Positions 16,187 to 23,614 of a stretch of 27,741 nucleotides of DNA are shown piece after piece. The stretch is taken from IMG/VR virus record IMGVR_UViG_3300012878_000004, positions 1 to 27,741 of that record. The stretch is one strand, 5' to 3'. This DNA comes from a virus (taxonomy: Duplodnaviria; Caudoviricetes). Numbering within the stretch: position 1 is the first letter of the stretch; each line of letters starts with the position of its first letter. The notes below the pieces were generated by a model, which saw nothing but the letters and a program-made list of their open reading frames with translations, was not told where the DNA came from and did not search any database. Made by a program: the position numbers and the translations under genes.

Positions 16187-16807
16187 GCTGCATAGCAGCC
16201 GTAGCCGCACGAAACGCGGCGCTATCAAAAGAGGCGGTTGAGGACGGTCAAGCGATCCAAACAGCGCCTGTTCTCGCAGGGGCTTACCGGCCGGTCCTGA
16301 GCTTTCAGGTAGCCGCCTCTCTTGATGGCAGCAGTACCGCCCAGGCGATGGGCTATAGCTCCGGTAGTTGGTCCGGATCGATACGCCAAGCTACAGGTGT
16401 TCGGAATAGCGGGTCAGCGGCGCAAATCGCCGTGGCAATAGGCTCCCGATGCAAACGCAAGGACACCAAACCCGGAATCGCACCCGGGGCCATCACAAGC
16501 GACGAGCGACGAACGGGCATATCGCCTAAGTAGAGTTCGCTAACCCTAGGCGCCGCGGAACAGTCGGCCGACCGCTGCACGAAACGCAGCATCCCCCCTA
16601 CGGCTGCTCAGGCCGGCGAATCCCACTCCATCCCCTACCTTCCTACGTCAGCCTTTCCCAAGGCTGGGGGTTCGCCGCCCTGAGCATCTACGACTTACGC
16701 AGCTGCCCTTCCCCACCTTCAAGACCCCAGTCTAGACAGCCGAGTGGCCATGAGGCTTGACGGCTGGGTATCCGTGAGGACCGGGCCGAGGGCAGCTGCA
16801 CCTTTTT
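16187..16807 (+). ncRNA. Putative structured non-coding RNA region in the PL transcript
   Basis: About 650 nt without a credible ORF; stems 16221-16240/16310-16329, 16605-16624/16667-16686 and 16699-16710/16788-16799; cloverleaf-like unit 16347-16498. Confidence 0.5.
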
Positions 16808-16821
16808 CAATAGGAACCACC

Positions 16822-17043
16822 ATGAAGAGCAAAGCCTTGTACTTGCTTGGCGCGCTAGTTATGCCCGTCGTTATGTCGCTTTGGTTGCTGTGGTGCTTCC
16901 TGGCGGATTTGACTGGCTCTCTGAAGATCGCGCTGCGGAACACCTACTTCAGCACCAAGCACCAAGCCAAGCAGGACTGGCGAACGCTGGTGTCTTACTA
17001 CGCCGACGGGTTCCCGAAGGCTTCGGACAAGGAACGAACATGA
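16822..17043 (+). CDS. Small membrane protein (73 aa)
   Basis: AGGA RBS then ATG 16822; hydrophobic N-terminus; ATGA coupling to next gene. Confidence 0.65.
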   Translation: MKSKALYLLGALVMPVVMSLWLLWCFLADLTGSLKIALRNTYFSTKHQAKQDWRTLVSYYADGFPKASDKERT

Positions 17044-17306
17044 GCGCGATCAAGCTGCCGAAGTTGCCACTACCTGATACGTACGTTTGGGGCACTGATG
17101 AGCCGAATGTGTATTCAGCAGAGCTCCTCGTCGCCTACGCCGAGCAGGCAGTGCGGGAAGCCCTGGCGGCGCAGGTGCCGGTGGCGTGGGTAATTGACGC
17201 TCGACTAGGTTTGAGCGATCCGCAGTTCTGCTCGGGCAATCCTGAAGGCATCTACAAATCGCTTTATGTGCCCCTCGCCCTCATCCCGGAGAAAGACCAT
17301 GGATAG
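17040..17306 (+). CDS. Phage hypothetical protein (88 aa)
   Basis: ATGA-coupled start; LPKLP...YSAELLVAYAEQAVREALAAQVPVAW, typical of early-left mosaic proteins. Confidence 0.75.
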   Translation: MSAIKLPKLPLPDTYVWGTDEPNVYSAELLVAYAEQAVREALAAQVPVAWVIDARLGLSDPQFCSGNPEGIYKSLYVPLALIPEKDHG

Positions 17307-17571
17307 ATGGCACGGCGACGAGCACCTGCAAGTCCTGACCGCCTCCGTACAAGACGTATGCCAGACGCTGGGCAATCCGGCTAGCTGGGATGCAGATGGC
17401 CACGACGCGCTGTTCTGGGCTAAGCGGCTGGGTGATGCGGACTTCTTCGCCAATCTCGGTCCTGCTGACCACATGGCGATCCTGTACGCGGTGATGAACA
17501 GCAATAGCCCGTGGGTGCTTGGGTTGCAGCGCGATATCAAGCACGCCATAGCCATTGAGATTGAGGGCTGA
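17299..17571 (+). CDS. Hypothetical protein (90 aa)
   Basis: GGAG RBS then ATG 17299, overlapping previous stop region. Confidence 0.7.
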   Translation: MDRWHGDEHLQVLTASVQDVCQTLGNPASWDADGHDALFWAKRLGDADFFANLGPADHMAILYAVMNSNSPWVLGLQRDIKHAIAIEIEG

Positions 17572-17572
17572 C

Positions 17573-17671
17573 ATGACTGTCGTCCTATTCATCCTGTGCG
17601 GCCTGTGCGCCGCTTACCCCTTGGGCCTGATCGGCGACCGCGCCATGGCCTTTCTGAGGAAGTCAGCATGA
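17573..17671 (+). CDS. Hydrophobic micro-protein (32 aa)
   Basis: Not in ORF track. MTVVLFILCGLCAAYPLGLIGDRAMAFLRKSA; GAGG RBS; fills the gap and couples by ATGA to next gene. Confidence 0.6.
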   Translation: MTVVLFILCGLCAAYPLGLIGDRAMAFLRKSA

Positions 17672-17925
17672 ACAAGATCAACGACGGCCATTCTGCTTTT
17701 CCGTGGTCTGACTGCGGGCTACGCGCTCCAGGCATGACCATGCGCGACTACTTCGCGGCCAAGGCCATGCAGGGAATGCTGGCCGTGCCTGATGACCAGC
17801 GCTACGGCGACAGGGCCGATAAGACCCTGAGCATTGAACAGTGGCAGCAGTGGTGTGTAACGGGCGTTGTGGAGCACGCCTACCGAGTGGCCGACGCCAT
17901 GATCCGCGTGCGAGGCGCAGCATGA
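17668..17925 (+). CDS. Conserved phage protein of the GMT.RDYFAAKAMQG family (85 aa)
   Basis: GMTMRDYFAAKAMQGML...AY.VADAM motif; ATGA-coupled on both sides. Confidence 0.8.
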   Translation: MNKINDGHSAFPWSDCGLRAPGMTMRDYFAAKAMQGMLAVPDDQRYGDRADKTLSIEQWQQWCVTGVVEHAYRVADAMIRVRGAA

Positions 17926-18266
17926 CGACGAAACACACGCCCGGGCCGTGGCGCATCGTAGACCGAGAAGTTATGGAAGACGGCAGTGTTTACCCGTGCC
18001 ACATCTTGGGCGGAACTGCCGACTATCAGGTCTGCGCGCTGGAATCGCCGGATATTGCTAAACGCGGAGTTGAACAACCGCACCTGTTCCCGGGCCTGAA
18101 TGGTGTTCTTGGCCCGAACGCCCGCCTAATAGCCGCGGCACCCGATCTTCTACAGGCCCTTGAGGCACTACTGGATATGGACATTTCCTACCAACGAGGC
18201 CCGAAGGTGCAAGAGGCTGAAAGCGCCGCTCGTCTTGCTGTTGCCAAAGCCCGAGGTGCCCAATGA
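17922..18266 (+). CDS. Conserved phage protein of the KHTPGPW...NARLIAAAPDLL family (114 aa)
   Basis: Both motifs present; ATGA coupling. Confidence 0.8.
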   Translation: MTTKHTPGPWRIVDREVMEDGSVYPCHILGGTADYQVCALESPDIAKRGVEQPHLFPGLNGVLGPNARLIAAAPDLLQALEALLDMDISYQRGPKVQEAESAARLAVAKARGAQ

Positions 18267-18421
18267 TCCGCCTCCTAACCATCCTCAAAACCCACGGCCC
18301 CACGATCTTCTTCGGGGCCGTTTTTCTGCTCGCTACCTGCGTTCTTCGCCCCACTCTCGACAAGTACGAGCAGGAACGGGTGGCGAAGGATGGCGGGACT
18401 ATGTACGCCGCAAAGGACTAG
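18263..18421 (+). CDS. Small membrane protein (52 aa)
   Basis: Not in ORF track. MIRLLTILKTHGPTIFFGAVFLLATCVLRPTLDKYEQERVAKDGGTMYAAKD; GAGGT RBS and ATGA coupling. Confidence 0.6.
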   Translation: MIRLLTILKTHGPTIFFGAVFLLATCVLRPTLDKYEQERVAKDGGTMYAAKD

Positions 18422-18423
18422 AC

Positions 18424-18909
18424 ATGTCGAAAACACACTGGAAGCTCCTGATCAACCCTGACTACATCGGAGCCTATGCCCTGGAAGAAGGTCAGGACCT
18501 GACGGTGACCATTGACTGGGTCCAACAGGAAGCTGTGACCGGTACCGGTGGCAAGAAGGAAGACTGCACCGTCGCGCACCTTGTCGGCCAGAAGCCGATG
18601 ATCTTGAACGTCACCAACTCCAAGATGATCGCCAAGCTGTACGGGCCGTACATCGAGGACTGGGCAGGCAAGCCGATCACGCTGTACGCCAGCACGACCA
18701 AGCTAGCGGGCGAGACGGTCGAGTGTCTGCGAATCCGTCCCAAGGTGGTGGTCAAGCAGCCGCCCAAGATCAGCGCGGAGCGGTTCGGCAAGGCGATCGT
18801 TTCGATCAAGGCCGGGGAGTACACCACCGACAAGCTGCGGGCGAACTTCACGCTGACCGGTGAGCAGGAAAAGGAACTTGAGGAGGCGTTAAGTGAAGCC
18901 ACTGTTTAA
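18424..18909 (+). CDS. Conserved phage protein, putative ssDNA-binding/annealing factor (161 aa)
   Basis: AAGGA RBS then ATG 18424; THWK...NPDYIGAY, KPMILNVTN, EDWAGKPITLY, LRIRP; directly precedes exonuclease and SSB. Confidence 0.7.
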   Translation: MSKTHWKLLINPDYIGAYALEEGQDLTVTIDWVQQEAVTGTGGKKEDCTVAHLVGQKPMILNVTNSKMIAKLYGPYIEDWAGKPITLYASTTKLAGETVECLRIRPKVVVKQPPKISAERFGKAIVSIKAGEYTTDKLRANFTLTGEQEKELEEALSEATV

Positions 18910-19531
18910 GGTCCGCTGCTCGTCCCTGTCCGTGATCATGACCGACCCGAAGGCGAAATCTGCGGTTCTGTCGGAGGGCGCCAAGACGTACTTGGAAGGC
19001 GTGGCTAAGGAGTTGGTCTACGGGTACACCTACAGCCCGACCGCCAAGTACATGGAGAAGGGCAAGATCGTCGAGGACCAGGCCATCGCCCTCTACAACT
19101 CAGTCTTCTTCACCAACCACACGAAGAACACCGAGCGCCGCCAGATCGACTACCTGACCGGCGAGTGCGACATTTTCACCGGCTCCAAGATCATCGACAT
19201 CAAGTCGGCCTGGTCACTCCACACCTTCCCCGCCACCGCGGCTATGGGCGCCTGCAAGGAATACGAGTGGCAGATGCGCGGCTACATGAAGCTCTGGGAC
19301 GTCGACGAAGCCGAGGTTGCTTACTGCCTCGTCAACACGCCGGATGAGCTGGTGGTCTACGAAGACGCCGACCTTCACTACGTCGACCATATCGACGAGG
19401 TTCTGCGCATAACCCGAGTCCAGTACACCCGCGACCGCGAGCTAGAGGAAAAGATGGAAACCCGCGCTCGAGCGGCCCAGGAATACGTCATCGAAGCCAT
19501 GCATCGCATTGGCGAAGAACATCAAGGATAG
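18893..19531 (+). CDS. PD-(D/E)XK exonuclease (lambda Exo/YqaJ-like)
   Basis: RCSSL, MEKG...E, TGECDI, IDIKS and YEWQMRGYM motifs. Confidence 0.8.
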   Translation: MKPLFKVRCSSLSVIMTDPKAKSAVLSEGAKTYLEGVAKELVYGYTYSPTAKYMEKGKIVEDQAIALYNSVFFTNHTKNTERRQIDYLTGECDIFTGSKIIDIKSAWSLHTFPATAAMGACKEYEWQMRGYMKLWDVDEAEVAYCLVNTPDELVVYEDADLHYVDHIDEVLRITRVQYTRDRELEEKMETRARAAQEYVIEAMHRIGEEHQG

Positions 19532-19534
19532 ACC

Positions 19535-20062
19535 ATGGCATCGGTTAACAAGGTAATTATCGTGGGCAACCTGGGCCGCGACCCAGAAGTCCGCTACAGC
19601 CCGGACGGCGCGGCAATCTGCAACATGTCGATTGCCACCACTTCGTCCTGGAAAGACAAGGCCAGCGGCGAAAAGCGCGAAGAAACCGAATGGCACCGCG
19701 TCGTCATGTACAGCCGCCTGGCGGAAATCGCCGGCGAGTACTTAAAAAAGGGCCGTGCGGTCTACATCGAAGGCCGACTGAAGACCCGTAAATGGCAGGA
19801 TAAGGACACGGGCGCCGACCGCTACAGCACCGAAGTTGTGGCCGACCAGATGCAGATGCTAGGAGGTCGCGACGAAGGCGACAGTGCAGCGCCTGAGCGT
19901 CAGCCGCAACGCACGCCGGCACAGCGTCCGACGAGCCAGCGCAACGAGTACGCCGAACAAAGCGGCGCAGGCCGTCCGCAGACCTCCGGCGGCAGCTTGG
20001 CCGACATGGACGACGAAATCCCATTTGGCCCGATGTTCGGCCGCAAAGCGCACTACCTCTAA
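19535..20062 (+). CDS. ssb: Single-stranded DNA-binding protein
   Basis: [36 protein letters not shown]; acidic DDEIPF followed by an 11-aa extension. Confidence 0.97.
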   Translation: MASVNKVIIVGNLGRDPEVRYSPDGAAICNMSIATTSSWKDKASGEKREETEWHRVVMYSRLAEIAGEYLKKGRAVYIEGRLKTRKWQDKDTGADRYSTEVVADQMQMLGGRDEGDSAAPERQPQRTPAQRPTSQRNEYAEQSGAGRPQTSGGSLADMDDEIPFGPMFGRKAHYL

Positions 20063-20127
20063 GCCCCTCCCCGCAGCCCCGTACCCCGCCGTCTGTCCGG
20101 GGCTGCCTTCTATCGCCTGGAGCTTCC

Positions 20128-20274
20128 ATGCGCCACACCGACAAATGGCATCCGCTTGAGGATGACGAAGCATCTGACCGCCTGCTTGGGTACGGGATCG
20201 TGGGGGCTTTTACTGGCCTGATGATCCTGTGCGCGCTTGCTGTGTGGGCCTTCAATCAATATGCAGGAGCCTGA
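20128..20274 (+). CDS. Small single-pass membrane protein (48 aa)
   Basis: Not in ORF track. GGAG RBS; MRHTDKWHPLEDDEASDRLLGYGIVGAFTGLMILCALAVWAFNQYAGA. Confidence 0.65.
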   Translation: MRHTDKWHPLEDDEASDRLLGYGIVGAFTGLMILCALAVWAFNQYAGA

Positions 20275-20278
20275 GAGC

Positions 20279-20929
20279 ATGAACACGAACAATGGATGGA
20301 AGCTGGTGCCTGCTTGGCCGACCGAAGAGATGCTGACAGCCGCACGTCAGGCCCCGATACCCATGCTTATGGTGGACTCTTACTCGGCTGAGCAAAACCT
20401 CAGGAACGGTGCGAGATACAGAGCCATGCTTGCCGCCGCACCCGAAGCCCCTTCCCTGACCGTCACCGTCGACCCCGACCCTCGCGGCGTGAGCGTAGGC
20501 GTGTACCTGGGATCGAGCTGCGTCTACCACGGGGCGCATGCTATCCCCGCTGGAGCGGTGGCGGATGAGGTGGCGAAGGATGAGCGCCAGGCGTTTGAGG
20601 TGTGGGCGAAAGAACGCGGCTACCAGAGTGATGAGCTGGCTCGCTGCAAGCTGGGAATCGTCTCCCCAGAGTATTTCAACCTGAACACGGAAAACGCTTG
20701 GAAGGCATGGCAAGGCGGTCGCGCCTCTGTTGCCGCTCCCGCTGCTGGCGATGCGCAGATAGCGGGCCAGCTTCTGCCCAAGTTGCAATCGTTGCTGGAC
20801 CGCATGGCGAACGATCCGTACACCGGGACGATGTTTGAGGCTGACGGCGACACGCTGCGAGACGCGATGCACCTGTGCCGATCCGTTGTCGTGGATTCCG
20901 CCTCCCAGCAGGGAGGGGACAGTGAATGA
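20279..20929 (+). CDS. Mosaic phage hypothetical protein (Ea/Eaa-like modules)
   Basis: AGGAG RBS then ATG 20279; GWKLVP..PTEEML.A...YRAMLAAAP and ERQAFE.WA...AWKAWQ modules. Confidence 0.8.
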   Translation: MNTNNGWKLVPAWPTEEMLTAARQAPIPMLMVDSYSAEQNLRNGARYRAMLAAAPEAPSLTVTVDPDPRGVSVGVYLGSSCVYHGAHAIPAGAVADEVAKDERQAFEVWAKERGYQSDELARCKLGIVSPEYFNLNTENAWKAWQGGRASVAAPAAGDAQIAGQLLPKLQSLLDRMANDPYTGTMFEADGDTLRDAMHLCRSVVVDSASQQGGDSE

Positions 20930-21713
20930 GCTGGCTCTTTTCGCAGGCGCTGGTGGAGGAATTCTCGGCGGCCACCTGCTCGGATGGCGAACCGTCTGCG
21001 CAGTTGAACGTGATGCCTACGCCGCACAAGTTCTCGCGGCAAGACAAAACGATCGAACCCTCCGACCTTTCCCGATTTGGTCTGACGTGTGCAGTTTTGA
21101 CGGAAGAACGTGGCGCGGCATTGTTGACGTGGTATCTGGCGGGTTTCCGTGCCAGGACATCAGCGCTGCCGGCGCTGGCGCGGGGATCGATGGAGAGCGA
21201 TCCGGCCTATGGCGGCAAATGGCTCGAATCATCGGCGAGGTACGACCTGGCAGGGTGTACCTGGAGAACTCACCTTTGCTTGTGGGACGAGGCCTTGCCA
21301 TGGTCCTCGGTCAGCTTGCCGAAATGGGGTATGACGCGCGCTGGGGTGTTGTGGGAGCCCACCACCTATCCGCGTTTCATGAAAGAGACCGAATCTGGGT
21401 TGTGGCAGACGCCGGTGGCGGACGATGCTGTCGAGAGGAAGGTTGGGAAATGGAACAGCCGCGGGGAACCGAAACTGAGCGCGCAGGTGAAGTTGATGCC
21501 GACTCCAGTCGCAAGCGACACCAGTTTTCGCAGGACCAAATACGCTCAGGGTGGAACGGCGCTATCAACCTTCGTGGGTGGCCACCTGAACCCGGAATGG
21601 ACAGAGTGGCTGATGGGGTGGCCCATCGGGTGGACCGAATTACCGCCCTTGGAAACGGCCAGGTTCCGCGAGTGGCAGCAGCAGCATTCCATCTTCTCAG
21701 CAGCCGAATCTAA
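20922..21713 (+). CDS. C5-cytosine DNA methyltransferase, catalytic (alpha-like) polypeptide
   Basis: GGAGG RBS then GTG 20922; motif I LFAGAGG, IV GGFPCQD, VI LENS, VIII HERDRIW, X ALGNGQVP; no motif IX in this frame. Confidence 0.9.
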   Translation: MNELALFAGAGGGILGGHLLGWRTVCAVERDAYAAQVLAARQNDRTLRPFPIWSDVCSFDGRTWRGIVDVVSGGFPCQDISAAGAGAGIDGERSGLWRQMARIIGEVRPGRVYLENSPLLVGRGLAMVLGQLAEMGYDARWGVVGAHHLSAFHERDRIWVVADAGGGRCCREEGWEMEQPRGTETERAGEVDADSSRKRHQFSQDQIRSGWNGAINLRGWPPEPGMDRVADGVAHRVDRITALGNGQVPRVAAAAFHLLSSRI

Positions 21714-21726
21714 GGAGGCAGCATGA
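20926..21726 (+). CDS. Overlapping +1-frame polypeptide carrying C5-MTase motif IX (beta-like subunit)
   Basis: 266-aa open frame; ATGA-coupled to both neighbours; two TPVA.D repeats (LWQTPVADD, LMPTPVASD) and GHLNPEWTEWLMGWPIGWT (motif IX-like). Confidence 0.7.
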   Translation: MSWLFSQALVEEFSAATCSDGEPSAQLNVMPTPHKFSRQDKTIEPSDLSRFGLTCAVLTEERGAALLTWYLAGFRARTSALPALARGSMESDPAYGGKWLESSARYDLAGCTWRTHLCLWDEALPWSSVSLPKWGMTRAGVLWEPTTYPRFMKETESGLWQTPVADDAVERKVGKWNSRGEPKLSAQVKLMPTPVASDTSFRRTKYAQGGTALSTFVGGHLNPEWTEWLMGWPIGWTELPPLETARFREWQQQHSIFSAAESKEAA

Positions 21727-22772
21727 CCGACAAGAACAACGCCGCCCAGCCCGTGCTGACGGATGACGAAATCCTGCGCCGCTGGGATATCTACGTCAGC
21801 GAACCGAGCGCGACCTATCCGCTGACCAATGCCGACAAGATCGCATTCGCCCGCGCCATCGAATCCGCCCTGCTGTCCAAGCTGCGCGCGGAGGGCGTGC
21901 AGGCGGGCGATGATCGGGCGGAATTTGTAGCGTGGCTCACGGGTTCCTATCCGAACACCTACAGCGAACCGGACGCCGTTCGCTTTTGGCATCAAGGGCA
22001 CGTCTCCGCCCTTGCATGGAAGGCTGGCCGCGCCGCCCTGGCAAGCGCCCCTGAAGCCGGAGAGCGGAACACTCTCATGCGTGCCATCGTCAAAGCGGGC
22101 CAAGACGCTGGCATCATCCGCGCCGATCTGGAAGCTGTAAGCGGCCCGGAGTGCCTGCATATTCTCGAATGCTTGTCTAAGGCAAGCGCCCCTGTAGCCG
22201 AGCCGGAGACGATGGAGGAAATCCACCGCCGCGAACGTGAGCGCGCGCCATGGGTTCTTCCGAAAGACCCGACACTGCCGGACAGCGCCCCCGTAGCCGG
22301 GGAGGCGCAGCGCGAGCAAGGCGATCCGGCGTCTCCCAAAGACGACAGCGACCGCACATATGACAGGCCAATCGGCTACCTGCCTGCCTATGAGCTAGGG
22401 CGCTTGCATTCAGGACACGGTGCGAACCTGCGCAGCGCCAAATTTGGCCCCAGCGCCCTGGATGGTGACGTCCCGGTTTACCTGGAGCCACCCAAGCCGG
22501 ATGCCGCGCCCCAGGCCAGCGAGGCGGTGCGCAACGACGGATTCAGCGATGGCGTGATCACGGCCCTGGAGGTCATGACGTCGCATGGAGATTGGGGTAG
22601 CACGGCGTACTGTGAACTGCTCCAAGCTGCCGGCCTGGAGGCAGTGGTTAGACGCGCCATCAATGAGGAGACCTGGGAGACCGCCGGACTTGACCGCACG
22701 CCCATGGCTGTCGAATGCCGCGCCGCCCTTTCTCCCACCCAGCCGACCGAACAAGGAGAGCGCGATGCGTGA
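21723..22772 (+). CDS. Mosaic phage hypothetical protein with repeated SAP(V/E)A linkers (349 aa)
   Basis: AAGGAGG RBS; LTDDEI...FARAIESALL module; three SAP(V/E)A linkers. Confidence 0.8.
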   Translation: MTDKNNAAQPVLTDDEILRRWDIYVSEPSATYPLTNADKIAFARAIESALLSKLRAEGVQAGDDRAEFVAWLTGSYPNTYSEPDAVRFWHQGHVSALAWKAGRAALASAPEAGERNTLMRAIVKAGQDAGIIRADLEAVSGPECLHILECLSKASAPVAEPETMEEIHRRERERAPWVLPKDPTLPDSAPVAGEAQREQGDPASPKDDSDRTYDRPIGYLPAYELGRLHSGHGANLRSAKFGPSALDGDVPVYLEPPKPDAAPQASEAVRNDGFSDGVITALEVMTSHGDWGSTAYCELLQAAGLEAVVRRAINEETWETAGLDRTPMAVECRAALSPTQPTEQGERDA

Positions 22773-23106
22773 CGCGACCACCGAATGGCTCAAAAGCCTG
22801 AAGTACCTGCCTGAGCCATTGCGAGACTTCCACGACCAGAAGGATGTATTCAAGGCCATGCACGACATCATCAACGTGCAGGGCCACGAATATGCGCGGT
22901 CCGTCGATTGGGTCACCGGGCAATGCTACGTGATCGACATCTTTCTGTGGTTCATGGCGCGTCGCGGCTACACACTTCAGCGTAGTCGCGCCAATGTCCC
23001 CTTCCGTGACCTGCACGAAGACGTGGCAGCCGCAAGGGATCAACGAATCTCGCAAGGACTTCCATGTGCCACCCAGCCCAGCAAGGACGGAGGCGGGGAT
23101 GAGTGA
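22765..23106 (+). CDS. Conserved phage hypothetical protein (113 aa)
   Basis: AAGGAG RBS then ATG 22765; YLPEPLRDFHDQKDVFK...YVIDIFLWFMARRGYTLQRSR. Confidence 0.8.
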   Translation: MRDATTEWLKSLKYLPEPLRDFHDQKDVFKAMHDIINVQGHEYARSVDWVTGQCYVIDIFLWFMARRGYTLQRSRANVPFRDLHEDVAAARDQRISQGLPCATQPSKDGGGDE

Positions 23107-23614
23107 AACGTGCTGGTGCGCCACCTGCCGCCCGGTGGTATTCGGCGACATGAGGATGGTGCTATGCCCGGAGTGCGGCAATAAGCGCTGCCCTCGGGCG
23201 ACGGATCACCGCAACGCGTGTTCGGGCAGCAACGAACTCGGGCAGGCAGGTAGCGCATATACAGCGCATCCACCGCCCCAACGCATCATTAACGGAGCAA
23301 TCATGACGAACGAGGAACTGGACGCCATCGACAACCGCGAGGCGCACTGCAAGCCATTCGGAGCCGCGGTAACGCTCAGCGTTGGTGAGCGGGATGCGCT
23401 GGTGGCGATGGCGCGGGATGGGGCCGCGATTCTGAGGGCCGCTACTGAACTGCCTTTCGGATACCACATCGAGTTGTACGTAGAGGCTGGATACGCGGGC
23501 GCGAAGATGATCGACCCGGATGGCGAACCGGTAGACCTAGACCAGGACGAACGCAATTTGGCGCGGGAGATCAACGCCGCCATAGACGCCGCGATGGCGA
23601 AGGAGGCAGCGTGA
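23099..23614 (+). CDS. Zn-finger-containing phage protein (171 aa)
   Basis: GGAGG RBS then ATG 23099; CWCATC...CPECGNKRCP...H...C. Confidence 0.75.
   Translation: MSETCWCATCRPVVFGDMRMVLCPECGNKRCPRATDHRNACSGSNELGQAGSAYTAHPPPQRIINGAIMTNEELDAIDNREAHCKPFGAAVTLSVGERDALVAMARDGAAILRAATELPFGYHIELYVEAGYAGAKMIDPDGEPVDLDQDERNLAREINAAIDAAMAKEAA

Noticed and set aside
16187-16807. CRISPR array or canonical tRNA genes in the non-coding region
   Set aside because: No regularly spaced direct repeats, no cas genes, and no TTCGA loop or 7-nt anticodon loop
20073-20111. Terminator after ssb (GCAGCCCCG/CGGGGCTGC)
   Set aside because: Good stem but long loop and weak U-tract (CTTCT); function uncertain
20922-21726. 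Frameshifted methyltransferase pseudogene or sequencing error
   Set aside because: Both frames are open over the whole length and motif X returns in the first frame, which a single indel would not produce
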